Shown here in pieces: positions 6,850-16,906 of a stretch of 64,000 nt of DNA. The first letter of the stretch is position 1; the number at the start of each line of letters is the position of its first letter. The position numbers were made by a program, and so were the translations under genes. The DNA comes from a virus, in the IMG/VR virus record IMGVR_UViG_3300034418_007243, positions 1 to 64,000 of that record; one strand, 5' to 3'. The notes below the pieces were generated by a model, which searched no databases, was not told the DNA's origin, and saw only the letters and a program-made list of their open reading frames with translations.

Positions 6850-7077
6850 TTACTTTTTGAAAGGGATGTATATTTTGTAGAACTTTTCTAAGGCGTAGAG
6901 TTGTTTAAGCATTGTGTACATCTCTTCATCTACTAGGGTTTGCTTAAATTCTTCAAATGCTTCCATGTTAGACTCATTAGGATCTTTGAACATGCGTTCT
7001 ATGTCTGCCATCATTTTGGCAGGTATTGTTAGCCTATGTTTAGGTTTTTTAGAGTTAGTTCTTAATGGGTTTTTCAT
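6850..7077 (-). CDS. Hypothetical protein (75 aa)
   Basis: Start at 7077 (MKNPLRT) just after GTATATTAT. Confidence 0.6.
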   Translation of the reverse strand: MKNPLRTNSKKPKHRLTIPAKMMADIERMFKDPNESNMEAFEEFKQTLVDEEMYTMLKQLYALEKFYKIYIPFKK

Positions 7078-7206
7078 AAGTATAATATACTGAAATAAGT
7101 TGACATGAAAAAACACCTGGGGGGTTATAATATGGTTAAATTTGTATGGGGGTAAGAATTATTTTTTGTATATTTAGGCTTATGTATAAACTAAAAGTAT
7201 TGTGTT

Positions 7207-7656
7207 ATGGAAGAATATTTTTCTGTATATTCTGAAAAGGTAAAAGTGCCTTTGTTTCATGTTTCGTATGAGGTTATTGTCGCTAGTAATATGAAGGATG
7301 CTACAGTGCATGCGGAAAGCATGTATCCTGGTTTGAAGTTGTCTCAGTCAAGAACTAGCGGAGCTTTGGGATACTCTTTTCTTCTAAAACATGACGAATT
7401 GGGTAATCATCTTTGTTTATTAGTAGGGTTAGCAGGTTCTGATTTTAATGTGGAGGATCACCCGTCAGTTTTGAGTACTGTTGTTCATGAAGCAGTTCAT
7501 TTGAGTTGGTATATTATGGATATTGTAGGTGTTGAAGTAAACGGTGAGAATAATGAAATACAAGCATATCTTATTGAAGACATTGTTAGAAATGTTAATA
7601 AGGTTATAAAGAATGCTGAAAAAAAATTACCTGAAGAACCATTAGATGAATTATAG
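7207..7656 (+). CDS. Putative zincin-like metallopeptidase
   Basis: HExxH motif (VVHEAVH) plus downstream NE.QAYL. Confidence 0.65.
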   Translation: MEEYFSVYSEKVKVPLFHVSYEVIVASNMKDATVHAESMYPGLKLSQSRTSGALGYSFLLKHDELGNHLCLLVGLAGSDFNVEDHPSVLSTVVHEAVHLSWYIMDIVGVEVNGENNEIQAYLIEDIVRNVNKVIKNAEKKLPEEPLDEL

Positions 7657-7751
7657 TTTTCTTTTTGAAGAAAATATTTTAAATTAGAGGTGTCAAATCT
7701 TATTTCTGCTTTTAAAGATTAGACTACGTTTATACATAACTTTGATTCGGT

Positions 7752-7781
7752 AAAAAGGTCCTTTCTCAGGGGACCTTTTTT
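7752..7781 (+). terminator. Intrinsic terminator (bidirectional-looking)
   Basis: A5-GGTCCTT-tctca-GGGGACC-T6. Confidence 0.7.
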
Positions 7782-7869
7782 CATTATAATTTTTTGATAT
7801 CTAATTTAAATTAGGTATATTAAAGTATGAGTAAAAACTCATATTCCTTTATATATAAACTTTAAATAC

Positions 7870-8181
7870 ATGGGATACGGTAATCAAAATACCCAAGGAA
7901 ATAGAAAATCTAATTATAATTGGCAGTTTTCTATGATTAAAATCATGAATAAAATTCATGATGCATTAGGAGGAGCTTCAGCAGATTTAAAAAAATTACA
8001 GGATCAGGCAAATGATCTTGTAAAAACTTTTACTTATGCTGATCCTGATGATCCTACTTTAAGAAGAGTATCAAGTATAAGATATTCTAGTGCTTCTCTT
8101 GGTTTAACTGTCACAGAAACATTTACTTATACTTTGAGTGGAGCTGGTGATTATTACGTAACTGACATAACTTTATCATAA
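7870..8181 (+). CDS. Hypothetical, probable virion fibre-associated protein
   Basis: First gene of the fibre cluster; beta-rich C-terminus. Confidence 0.65.
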   Translation: MGYGNQNTQGNRKSNYNWQFSMIKIMNKIHDALGGASADLKKLQDQANDLVKTFTYADPDDPTLRRVSSIRYSSASLGLTVTETFTYTLSGAGDYYVTDITLS

Positions 8182-8182
8182 A

Positions 8183-9100
8183 ATGAATATAATAAAAGAA
8201 ATACTTGGGTTATTTAGAAGAAACACTATAGTAACTCCAGAAGATAATGACGTTTTAATAGTTGGTAAAAGAAAACCAGGTAACTCTAAAACACCACAAG
8301 TAAACGATGCTTTGGTTACTTTTAAAAGTATAAAAGATAGTATTGGTGGTGGTGTTAATGCATCTAATACAGGGGCAGGTAGTGAAGTTCTTAAAACACC
8401 CGTTGTTGGAAGTAATCTTGAGTTTAGAACATTAAGAGCAGGATCTAACATTACACTTACACAAAATGCTGATGATGTACAAATTGATGCTTCTGGTGGT
8501 GGTGGAGGTTATACACCATCAGATGCTTATACTATTCCTGGAGCAACAATAGATTTTTCTGTTAATGCAATAGGATCACTAAATGGTAACCAAGGTACAT
8601 ACACCGGTTGGAGAATGGGGAGATTATTTAGAATAGAAACACCTGTAAGTATTTCTGCATTAAAGATGAATATTAAATCTTTATCAACTAATAGTCCTGC
8701 AAAAGCCTATGCGGCATTATATAAATTTAATGTTACAACTAAAATTTGGGAATTAAGATTTCAACCAACAGCTGAATTTGATTATAGCCCAACAGGTGTA
8801 ACAGGTTGGCAAGAAGCAAGATTGGCTATTCCACATGCACTTGAACCAGGTTTATATATGAGTGTATTTTTAGCAAACAATATAGGTGGAACTTGGGGTT
8901 ATTCAACATCTACAAGTAGTGGAACTTATGAATTAATTGGACATAATTTAGGTGGAACAAGTATGTATTATGGATTAGTACAAACATCAGGTGCAACTTA
9001 TGATTATGGAAGCGTTGCAGCAACATTAACATCTGCACAAATGGTTCCTTCACCTTATGATGTAGTAGATAAATTTAGAGTACATTTTGAAATAGCATAA
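8183..9100 (+). CDS. Putative fibre or receptor-binding protein
   Basis: Fibre-type repeat (N.GAG..V....LEFRTL.AGSNITLT), poly-Gly hinge, beta-sandwich C-domain. Confidence 0.6.
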   Translation: MNIIKEILGLFRRNTIVTPEDNDVLIVGKRKPGNSKTPQVNDALVTFKSIKDSIGGGVNASNTGAGSEVLKTPVVGSNLEFRTLRAGSNITLTQNADDVQIDASGGGGGYTPSDAYTIPGATIDFSVNAIGSLNGNQGTYTGWRMGRLFRIETPVSISALKMNIKSLSTNSPAKAYAALYKFNVTTKIWELRFQPTAEFDYSPTGVTGWQEARLAIPHALEPGLYMSVFLANNIGGTWGYSTSTSSGTYELIGHNLGGTSMYYGLVQTSGATYDYGSVAATLTSAQMVPSPYDVVDKFRVHFEIA

Positions 9101-9159
9101 TTTGCCACAAGCAGTTATCCTATGGATAGAATTTAATTTTATAGATAAATATATACAAA

Positions 9160-9564
9160 ATGAATTATTATAGAATATCTAAAGACTTTTGGTCTTGTAT
9201 TAAAAAATTTGAAAACCTTGAAGCAGCACAAGCATTTGCTGATTCACTTGGTGAAGGATACACAGCAGAATACTATGCACCATATACTCCACCAACAATC
9301 CAAGAAAGGCTTAAAATGGATATACAATTTGGACAAGATCTTGTATTTGTATTTGTTGAAGACAATAGAATAATGGGTACAACACAAGAACAAAATGATG
9401 CCATACTCGTCAAGTTTAGAGACATTCTTGCCTTTGCACAAACTGGTGCAATTGAATCAATCAATGTGCATCTTCCAAACATACCAACAGATGAAGTCTT
9501 TACACAAGAAAGAAAAGATAAATACATCCAGATGGTAACTGATTACTTAGCACAATTTAATTGA
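9160..9564 (+). CDS. Putative fibre partner or assembly chaperone (copy 1)
   Basis: 134 aa, near-identical to 10229-10633; follows a fibre gene. Confidence 0.6.
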   Translation: MNYYRISKDFWSCIKKFENLEAAQAFADSLGEGYTAEYYAPYTPPTIQERLKMDIQFGQDLVFVFVEDNRIMGTTQEQNDAILVKFRDILAFAQTGAIESINVHLPNIPTDEVFTQERKDKYIQMVTDYLAQFN

Positions 9565-9565
9565 T

Positions 9566-10225
9566 ATGGCAAATCAAAAATATAATCCTTTATTACAATT
9601 AGGTTTTCAAGAAGTCAGCACTGGTGGAGGTGGTGGTAGCGTTTCTGATGCATGGAGTTTGAACGGAACTGTTACAGATTTTGCTGGTCAATCACAATCA
9701 AGCGGTAGTACAATAAATTGGCAAGGTAATAGAGCATCTTACAATCCTATAAGAATAGAGTCAAATTGTACTCTTAAAAATATGGGTTTTGCAATTAATG
9801 CTTTAAGTACTAATGCAACTTGTGTTTGTTATGGTGCATTATATAAGTATGATATAACAACTGATACATTGAATTTGGTTGCTACAATGCCTCAAGAAAT
9901 TCAAACAAATACTACAACAGGAGTAACAGGATGGAATTTTGTTAATTTTGCAAGTAATGTAAATTTAACTCCTGGAGTTTATGTTGTTAGGGTAATTTCA
10001 AATGTTGGTGGATTTCAAACATCATATAATAATGTTGAGCAAGACACCTATGGTTATATTGACACAGGAACTGCAAATTTATCTGTTTTAACATCTTATA
10101 GCGAATTAGTTACTTATGATTTTGGTAGCACGCCAACAACAATAAATTTAACACAAATAACACCAAGTAGTAGCTTTTTTTATCAGTATTCAAAAGCAGC
10201 ATTATTCACCTTAATACAACCATAA
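9566..10225 (+). CDS. Putative second fibre or receptor-binding protein
   Basis: Short N-terminal peptide, poly-Gly, C-domain homologous to 8183-9100 (Y.ALYK, TGVTGW, L.PG.Y). Confidence 0.6.
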   Translation: MANQKYNPLLQLGFQEVSTGGGGGSVSDAWSLNGTVTDFAGQSQSSGSTINWQGNRASYNPIRIESNCTLKNMGFAINALSTNATCVCYGALYKYDITTDTLNLVATMPQEIQTNTTTGVTGWNFVNFASNVNLTPGVYVVRVISNVGGFQTSYNNVEQDTYGYIDTGTANLSVLTSYSELVTYDFGSTPTTINLTQITPSSSFFYQYSKAALFTLIQP

Positions 10226-10228
10226 AAA

Positions 10229-10633
10229 ATGAATTTATATAAAATATCAAAAGATTATTGGGAGGTTGTTAAAAAATTTGCAACACTTGAAGATGCACAA
10301 GCTTTTGCTGATTCATTAGGTGAAGGTTATACAGCAGAATTTTATGCTCCATATACGCCACCATCAATTCAAGAAAGGTTGCAAATGGATATGCAGTTTG
10401 GTCAAGACCTTGTGTTTATCTTTGTTGAAGACAATAGAATCATGGGTACAACACAAGAGCAGAATGATGCTATTCTTGTCAAGTTTAGGGATATTCTTGC
10501 TTTTGCTCAGACAGGTGCTATTGAATCAATCAATACACACCTTCCAAACATACCAGTTGATGAAGTCTTCACACAGGAAAGGAAAGACAAATACATGGCA
10601 ATGGTCACGGATTACTTAGCACAGTTTGTATAA
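10229..10633 (+). CDS. Putative fibre partner or assembly chaperone (copy 2)
   Basis: Paralogue of 9160-9564. Confidence 0.6.
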   Translation: MNLYKISKDYWEVVKKFATLEDAQAFADSLGEGYTAEFYAPYTPPSIQERLQMDMQFGQDLVFIFVEDNRIMGTTQEQNDAILVKFRDILAFAQTGAIESINTHLPNIPVDEVFTQERKDKYMAMVTDYLAQFV

Positions 10634-11061
10634 TGAAAGAGTTTAAGATATTTGGTTTAAAATGTTTTTGTCCAGAAGTGTTAGCTTTCTTAACATTATT
10701 TATAGGAGATATAATATCTTCAATATTAGCTATTACATTTTTGATATTTGCTGATACATTAACAGGCATTTGGGCTTCTCTTAAATTAAATATCCCTATT
10801 ACTTCTAGAAAGGCAGGAAGAATTACTTCTAAATTAATAATCTATCCTTTAGCAATTATTGTATCCAAAGTAGCAGAAGTATATCTAACACCAGCTTTAC
10901 CATGGATACAAGTTACTTCAGGTATCATAGCTATAGTAGAAGTTAAAAGCGTATTTGAAAATATGAGTATTATACTAGGATATGATCTTTGGGAAAAAAT
11001 TAAACTGGTTCTTTGGAAAGAAAGAGAAATTGCAAAAAAGAATTTAAAAGAAAAAGAATAA
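10633..11061 (+). CDS. Holin (phage holin family 4-like)
   Basis: TM helices, D.LTG..AS....ITS.K....SK pattern, E..SVFEN, basic tail; near the endolysin. Confidence 0.8.
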   Translation: MKEFKIFGLKCFCPEVLAFLTLFIGDIISSILAITFLIFADTLTGIWASLKLNIPITSRKAGRITSKLIIYPLAIIVSKVAEVYLTPALPWIQVTSGIIAIVEVKSVFENMSIILGYDLWEKIKLVLWKEREIAKKNLKEKE

Positions 11062-11083
11062 ATTAAGTTGTTATAAGTAAAAC

Positions 11084-11115
11084 TTGTATAGTTTAAACAT
11101 TTTTAGTTATATTTG
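11084..11115 (+). promoter_or_regulatory. Bacteroidota sigma70 promoter
   Basis: TTG-N21-TATATTTG, an exact -7 consensus. Confidence 0.65.
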
Positions 11116-11143
11116 ATATATAATCAAAAAAATTTTAAACGTC

Positions 11144-11437
11144 ATGAGTAAAAACCAACAACAAGACTCTGAGCAAAAACTTACCTCAGAGCAAATTGCA
11201 CAAATCCGCAAAAACGCAATTACACATTACACAGAAGAAATTAAGTTTTTAGAGGTTCAAAATCAATATGAACAGCTACAAGCTGACATTGAAGAGCATA
11301 GATTGCGTAAAATAGTAGCTATAGCTCAACAATCTCAATTCTTTTCTCAAGATGAAGAGACTGAAGAACGCTTACAAGAAAAAGCTCCTGCTCCTCCAGC
11401 AAAAAGTGTTAGTAGAAAACTTAAAAAAACAGAATAG
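11144..11437 (+). CDS. Hypothetical coiled-coil protein
   Basis: Q/E-rich helical ORF downstream of a promoter. Confidence 0.75.
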   Translation: MSKNQQQDSEQKLTSEQIAQIRKNAITHYTEEIKFLEVQNQYEQLQADIEEHRLRKIVAIAQQSQFFSQDEETEERLQEKAPAPPAKSVSRKLKKTE

Positions 11438-11439
11438 TT

Positions 11440-12342
11440 ATGAGTGTTATTAAACTAGGATCTTCTGACAGAGCTACTGTTAAAATTATACAGAAAGTTG
11501 TAGGTGTAAAGCCTGATGGTATATTTGGTCCCAAAACAATGAATGCTATAGTACATTGGCAAAGACAAAATAATTTAACAGCAGATGGTATTGTTGGGCC
11601 ACAAACTATGGAGGCTATGGGTATTTTAGATACAGATCTTAAAAATGTATCTCAATATACAACAGATGAAGGGTTAATTATACAAAAGCATTTTTTACCT
11701 AAAGGAGAATATGTAAAAGAAAGTTATAAAATTCAAAATGACTATGTTTTTTTACATCATACCGCAGGTAATTCAAATCCTTTTGCTACTATTGATTCTT
11801 GGGGTAGAGATGATAGAGGTAGGGTAGCTACTGAATTTGTATTAGGTGGGCAGGATCATAAAACTGGAGATGATAGATATGATGGTGTTATGGTACAAGC
11901 TTTTCCAGAAGGTTGTCAAGGCTTTCATTTAGGAAAAACAGGTTCATCATATATGAATAAACATTCTGTAGGATTAGAAATTTGTGCTATGGGTTATCTA
12001 ACAGAAGACTACAAAACTTATGTTGGTTCCCAAGCAATAGAATCTCAGGTATCTAAATTAGAAGAGCCTTTTAGAAAAAGAATTTATTATCATAGATATA
12101 GCAATAAACAAATAGAAGCTACAAAAAAATGGCTATTATATATTGCTAACAGAGACAATATAGATATTGATCAAGGTTTAATTCCCTGGATTAAAAAGTT
12201 TGGTCCAACTAAAGCTTTTGGTTTTCATCAGGATGCTTTTGAAGGAAAAGTAAAAGGTCTTCTTTCTCATTGTAATGTTAGAAAAGATAAGACAGATGTT
12301 TTTCCTCAACCAGAGTTAGTTGATATGTTGTTATCTATATAA
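11440..12342 (+). CDS. Endolysin: PG-binding domain plus N-acetylmuramoyl-L-alanine amidase (Amidase_2)
   Basis: DGIFGPKT/ADGIVGPQT repeats; LHHTAG, SVGLEI, SH.NVRKDKTD.FP. Confidence 0.9.
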   Translation: MSVIKLGSSDRATVKIIQKVVGVKPDGIFGPKTMNAIVHWQRQNNLTADGIVGPQTMEAMGILDTDLKNVSQYTTDEGLIIQKHFLPKGEYVKESYKIQNDYVFLHHTAGNSNPFATIDSWGRDDRGRVATEFVLGGQDHKTGDDRYDGVMVQAFPEGCQGFHLGKTGSSYMNKHSVGLEICAMGYLTEDYKTYVGSQAIESQVSKLEEPFRKRIYYHRYSNKQIEATKKWLLYIANRDNIDIDQGLIPWIKKFGPTKAFGFHQDAFEGKVKGLLSHCNVRKDKTDVFPQPELVDMLLSI

Positions 12343-12352
12343 ATACAAAGTT

Positions 12353-12721
12353 ATGGCGGAAGCAAATTTAGTGACTAAAAAAGTAAGAATGGGTCACAGA
12401 GATATTATTAAATATCAACTCATTACTTATTGTTTTACAAATAAAATACAGTTAAGTAGTAATGAACTTAACTGTTTGACTTTATTAGGTGCTTATGGTG
12501 AATGTGAGTTAGCAGAATTTTGTAATTCTACTGTTCAAGAAAAAATATTTAAGACACCTCAAACTGTACGTAATTTTTTAAGTAAAGCTTGTAAAATTAA
12601 ATTAGTTAAAAAAAACGGCTCAAATAAAAAGAAAATCTCTTTGAGTCCTGATCTACAGGTGCAGACTAAAGGAAATATAGTTTTAGATTTTAAATTGTTT
12701 TATGTTACCAAAGAACAGTAA
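12353..12721 (+). CDS. Putative winged-helix DNA-binding protein
   Basis: Start at 12353 (MAEANL); TPQTVRNFLSKACKIKLVKK helix-wing pattern. Confidence 0.6.
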   Translation: MAEANLVTKKVRMGHRDIIKYQLITYCFTNKIQLSSNELNCLTLLGAYGECELAEFCNSTVQEKIFKTPQTVRNFLSKACKIKLVKKNGSNKKKISLSPDLQVQTKGNIVLDFKLFYVTKEQ

Positions 12722-13088
12722 ACATTTTTTACAACCAACAAGTGAAAAACTAAATATGAATCTATCTATGATAGAGGACGTTATTAATTTTTACTATGTT
12801 GAATTAAGAAAAGCACTCTCTAATTTAGAGTTTTATAATATACAAGTTGAAAATTTAGGATCTTTTCAAATAAAAAAGAAAGAGTTACCAAAGCTTGTTA
12901 TGAAATATACTAATCACTTAAATGTTATTCAACCAGATACATTTAATCAGATGGTAATTAAAAAAGATATAGAAGAAAAATTAGAGAAAGTTTTAAATGT
13001 TCAATCATTACTTTATGAAGATATAAAACGTAAACAGGAATTTTATAAAAAAAAGATAGATGGATTTAAAAAAGATATGGAGCAATAA
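12702..13088 (+). CDS. IHF/HU-like DNA-binding protein
   Basis: IEDVINFYY..LRKAL....IQVENLGSFQIK resembles the HU/IHF signature. Confidence 0.6.
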   Translation: MLPKNSKHFLQPTSEKLNMNLSMIEDVINFYYVELRKALSNLEFYNIQVENLGSFQIKKKELPKLVMKYTNHLNVIQPDTFNQMVIKKDIEEKLEKVLNVQSLLYEDIKRKQEFYKKKIDGFKKDMEQ

Positions 13089-13368
13089 AAAACAAATTCT
13101 TGAGGGTATTAAGAATAATTTGTTTAAAAAAGAACATATAGAAGAAGTAGCTAGAGAAAGACATTTAGTTTGCACTGTTTGCCCTAAGATAGATCTTACA
13201 GGAGAAAACTGTGAAGTTCCTGGTACAAATCCTTGTTGTGGAAGTTGCGGGTGTAGTTTAGCGTTTAAGCTAAGATCTTTATCTTCTTCTTGTCCTGAAG
13301 GTAAATGGGATGCTGTTGTAACAGAAGAAATAGAAGATCAAATCAATAATCAAATCAATAATATGTAA
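13060..13368 (+). CDS. Cys-rich putative Zn-binding protein
   Basis: CTVC...CCGSCGC.L..K.RS....CP..KW. Confidence 0.7.
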   Translation: MDLKKIWSNKKQILEGIKNNLFKKEHIEEVARERHLVCTVCPKIDLTGENCEVPGTNPCCGSCGCSLAFKLRSLSSSCPEGKWDAVVTEEIEDQINNQINNM

Positions 13369-13369
13369 A

Positions 13370-14194
13370 ATGGAATTAATATTTAAAGCAGACAATCATA
13401 CTTATGAAAGTAAAAACAATCCTAATACCAAATGGTTAAGTACTACATCTTTAATATCTCTTTTTAAACCACATTTTGATGCAGATAGTATTGCATTGAA
13501 ATCTTCTAAAAATAAAAAATCTAAATGGTATGGGATGGATCCAGAAAAGATAAAAGAAATCTGGAAAAATGAATCTCATAGAGCAGTATCTTTGGGAAGT
13601 TGGTATCATGATCAAAGGGAAAAAGAACTCTTAATGTGTGAAACAATACAAAGAAGCGGTATTGATTTACCTATTATACATCCAATAGAGCAAGACGGTG
13701 TAAAACATTCACCTGCTCAAGTTCTAACTCCAGGTATATATCCAGAACATTTTGTTTATTTAAAATCAGCAAGAATTTGTGGTCAAGCAGATAGAGTTGA
13801 AGTTGTAGGAGATAAAGTAAATATCTATGATTATAAAACAAATAAAGAAATAAAAACTAAAGCTTATGTAAACTGGGAAGGTAAAATGTCTTGTTTAGAA
13901 GGCCCATTATCTCATGTAGGTGATTGTAATCTAAATCATTATGCTCTACAGTTAAGTATTTATATGTATATTATACTTAAGCACAATCATACTTTAAAAC
14001 CTGGTATAATGCAGATACATCATGTTTTATTTGAAGTAGAAGATACTGATGATAATGGTTATCCTTTAGTAGCAACAGATGCCGCAGGTGATCCTATTAT
14101 AAAAGAAGTTATTCCTTATGATTTGCCTTATATGAAAAAGGAAGTTAACGCTATTATAAAATATTTAAAACTACATCCAGAAGTTTATGATTAA
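13370..14194 (+). CDS. PD-(D/E)xK nuclease
   Basis: H.Y, STT.LI, G...H, E, GQAD, I.DYKT, Y.LQLS.Y motifs; upstream of terL. Confidence 0.85.
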   Translation: MELIFKADNHTYESKNNPNTKWLSTTSLISLFKPHFDADSIALKSSKNKKSKWYGMDPEKIKEIWKNESHRAVSLGSWYHDQREKELLMCETIQRSGIDLPIIHPIEQDGVKHSPAQVLTPGIYPEHFVYLKSARICGQADRVEVVGDKVNIYDYKTNKEIKTKAYVNWEGKMSCLEGPLSHVGDCNLNHYALQLSIYMYIILKHNHTLKPGIMQIHHVLFEVEDTDDNGYPLVATDAAGDPIIKEVIPYDLPYMKKEVNAIIKYLKLHPEVYD

Positions 14195-14699
14195 GTTATT
14201 AGATATAGAAAACAATGTAGTTAAGCCTACTGAGCATTGCCAAATGATTAAATGGTTAAGTGTTATTCAAGAAAAATATCCTGAGAACGCTTTAAAAATT
14301 TATGCTTATATATTTTACATGTGTTGTCCAAGTCAAGAGAATCCTTATTTTAATATGCAAATTGAATTAAGAGAAGATGTTATAATAGATGATTTAGGCA
14401 TTGATTTTAGTTTAGAAGAAGATGAAATAATAACAGCAGTAGAAAAAGCTACAAGCATGTATGAAACACCTACAGTAAGAGCATACAAAGGTATTACAAC
14501 TATGTTAGATAATTTAACAGAGTATATGAGTACTACAGCTGTTACAGCAGGTAGAGATGGTAATATAAATTCTCTGCTTAGAATAGCTAAAGAGTTTGAT
14601 GCTATACGTCAATCATATAAAGGCGTAGCAAAAGATTTAGAAGCAGAACAAGAATCTCATGTAAGAGGAGGTCAACAATTAGGTTATGATCAGATGTAA
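14187..14699 (+). CDS. Hypothetical protein upstream of terL (possible small terminase)
   Basis: Helical 170-aa ORF directly before terL, ending VRGG..LGYD. Confidence 0.55.
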   Translation: MIKLLDIENNVVKPTEHCQMIKWLSVIQEKYPENALKIYAYIFYMCCPSQENPYFNMQIELREDVIIDDLGIDFSLEEDEIITAVEKATSMYETPTVRAYKGITTMLDNLTEYMSTTAVTAGRDGNINSLLRIAKEFDAIRQSYKGVAKDLEAEQESHVRGGQQLGYDQM

Positions 14700-14704
14700 A
14701 AACT

Positions 14705-16906
14705 ATGAGTGAAATCTATGAAGATATACCTGTTTATGAAAACAATGAATGGACAACAATAAGTTTTAATTCAAGAAGAGAGCTATATGAGTATGTGAAA
14801 TCTACTTTTAAAGAGCCTGGTAAATATGAGTTTGATGAAACAGCACAGTTATTTAATGAACAAGCAAGACTTTTCAGAAAACAAGGTGACGTATATTGTA
14901 TGGCTCCTTTTAGAAGTAAGGATTTTGTAAAATACTGGGATTTTGAAAAGCAAAAATCCAGGAAAGGTGTATTCTTTAAAAATAATAATAAGGTATGGTA
15001 CTTACCAAGAGACTATTATTTCTGGATTAACTTTCTTCCAATCTATGATAAAATGAAAAAGAAGTTTGATTTTCCATTAGTTTGGGATGTACAGCTTCAT
15101 ATCTCTCTTTATGAGTGTTTAGCAGAACTAGATTATAAGCATGCTTCTATTCTAAAGAAACGTCAGATAGCCTCTTCATATTTTCATATGGGTAAACTTA
15201 TAAATCAAATATGGTTTGAGGAAGGACCTATACTAAAGATAGGTGCTAGTTTAAAAGATTATATTAATGTAAATGGTAGTTGGAAATTCTTAGATGAATA
15301 CAGAGCTTTTTTAAATGGGAGTACTGCTTGGTATAGACCTATGAATCCTGGTAAAGTTCTTACTTGGCAACAAAAGATTGAGGTTACAAAAGGAGGTAAG
15401 AAAAAGGATGTAGGTTTAAAAGGTATGATGCAAGGTATGTCATTTGAACAGTCTGCTACAAAAGGTGTAGGTGGTCCTTGTACTTATTTTTTTTATGAAG
15501 AAGCGGGTATTGCCCCTAGTATGGATAAAACTTATGAGTATGTAAGACCTGCAATGCAAGCTGGAGAAATAACTACAGGTATGTTTATAGCAGCAGGATC
15601 TGTGGGTGACTTAAAAGATTGTGGGCCACTAAAAGATTTTACATTATACCCTAAACAAAATAATATATATGCTGTAGAAACAGATCTTATAGATGAAACA
15701 GGCATGAGAGGAGAATCAGGCTTATTTATTCCTGAACAATGGGGTATGCCGCCACATATTGATAAATATGGTAATTCTTTAGTTGAACAAGCTTTAGAAG
15801 CAATAGACGGCATGTTTAAAAAATGGAAAAAAGAATTAAGACCTAATTTATATCAGTTAAGAATATCTCAGCATCCTAGAAACATTAAAGAAGCTTTTGA
15901 TTTTAGAGAAGAGTCTGTATTTCCATTAAATTTGGTTGCAGACCAAGAAAGAGAAATAAATGAAGGAGCTTACCCTTATGAAACAGTAGATATACAGGAA
16001 AAACCTGACGGTTCTTTAAGAGTTAAAAAAATATCTAAAGCTCCAATTACTGATTTTCCTGTTAAAACAAATGCAGAAGATAAAACAGGAGCTATTGTAG
16101 TTTGGGAAAGGCCTGATAAAGATCCTGAGTTTGGAACTTATTATGCTTCTATTGACCCTGTTTCAGAAGGTAAAACAACTACGTCAGATTCATTATGTTC
16201 TATTTATGTTTATAAAACTGCTGTAAATGTTACACGGCATACAGAAGATAGAATAGAAAACTTTGTAGAAGGAGATAAAATAGTAGCTGCTTGGTGTGGA
16301 CGTTTTGATGATATTAATGAAACGCATAAAAGACTCAGACTTATAATAGAATGGTATAATGCATGGACTCTTGTAGAAAATAACATATCTCTTTTTATTC
16401 TTTATATGATAAAGGAAAGAAAACAAAATTATTTGGTTCCAAAAAATCAAATGCTTTTCTTAAAAGAAGCTCAAGCAAACAAAACTGTTTATCAAGATTA
16501 CGGTTGGAAAAATGCAGGGACTTTATTTAAAAATCATCTTTTAAGTCATTTAATTGAATGGCTAAAAGAAACTATAGATGAAGAAATAGATGATGAAGGA
16601 ACTATTATAAAAAAGCATTATGGTATACGAAGATTACCAGATCTTATGGCTTTAAAAGAAATGCAGGCTTACAGACCAGGTGTAAACGTTGACCGTATTG
16701 TATCTCTAGCAGCTCTTATAGCTTTTGTTAAAATACAAGATTCTAACAGAAAGACTAAAGTTAGGATTGAAAATGAGATTCCAAATAAATTGGAAAATTC
16801 ACAAAATTTGTATAAATTAAAGAGTACCCCTTTTAGAAATTTAGGTAGAAAAAAGTCTAACTTAAACTTCAAAAAAAAGAGGTCCCCTTATAAAAGACTA
16901 CGTTAA
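14705..16906 (+). CDS. terL: Terminase large subunit
   Basis: Walker A-like LKKRQIASS, Walker B FFYEEAG, nuclease ASIDPV, VENN, NVDR; precedes the portal. Confidence 0.92.
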   Translation: MSEIYEDIPVYENNEWTTISFNSRRELYEYVKSTFKEPGKYEFDETAQLFNEQARLFRKQGDVYCMAPFRSKDFVKYWDFEKQKSRKGVFFKNNNKVWYLPRDYYFWINFLPIYDKMKKKFDFPLVWDVQLHISLYECLAELDYKHASILKKRQIASSYFHMGKLINQIWFEEGPILKIGASLKDYINVNGSWKFLDEYRAFLNGSTAWYRPMNPGKVLTWQQKIEVTKGGKKKDVGLKGMMQGMSFEQSATKGVGGPCTYFFYEEAGIAPSMDKTYEYVRPAMQAGEITTGMFIAAGSVGDLKDCGPLKDFTLYPKQNNIYAVETDLIDETGMRGESGLFIPEQWGMPPHIDKYGNSLVEQALEAIDGMFKKWKKELRPNLYQLRISQHPRNIKEAFDFREESVFPLNLVADQEREINEGAYPYETVDIQEKPDGSLRVKKISKAPITDFPVKTNAEDKTGAIVVWERPDKDPEFGTYYASIDPVSEGKTTTSDSLCSIYVYKTAVNVTRHTEDRIENFVEGDKIVAAWCGRFDDINETHKRLRLIIEWYNAWTLVENNISLFILYMIKERKQNYLVPKNQMLFLKEAQANKTVYQDYGWKNAGTLFKNHLLSHLIEWLKETIDEEIDDEGTIIKKHYGIRRLPDLMALKEMQAYRPGVNVDRIVSLAALIAFVKIQDSNRKTKVRIENEIPNKLENSQNLYKLKSTPFRNLGRKKSNLNFKKKRSPYKRLR

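Noticed and set aside
7100-7131. E. coli-type TTGACA...TATAAT promoter
   Set aside because: Spacer is 20 nt rather than about 17, and other signals point to a Bacteroidota host
9160-10633. Diversity-generating retroelement TR/VR pair
   Set aside because: Both copies are intact genes, differences are largely synonymous and not adenine-specific, and no reverse transcriptase is in the window
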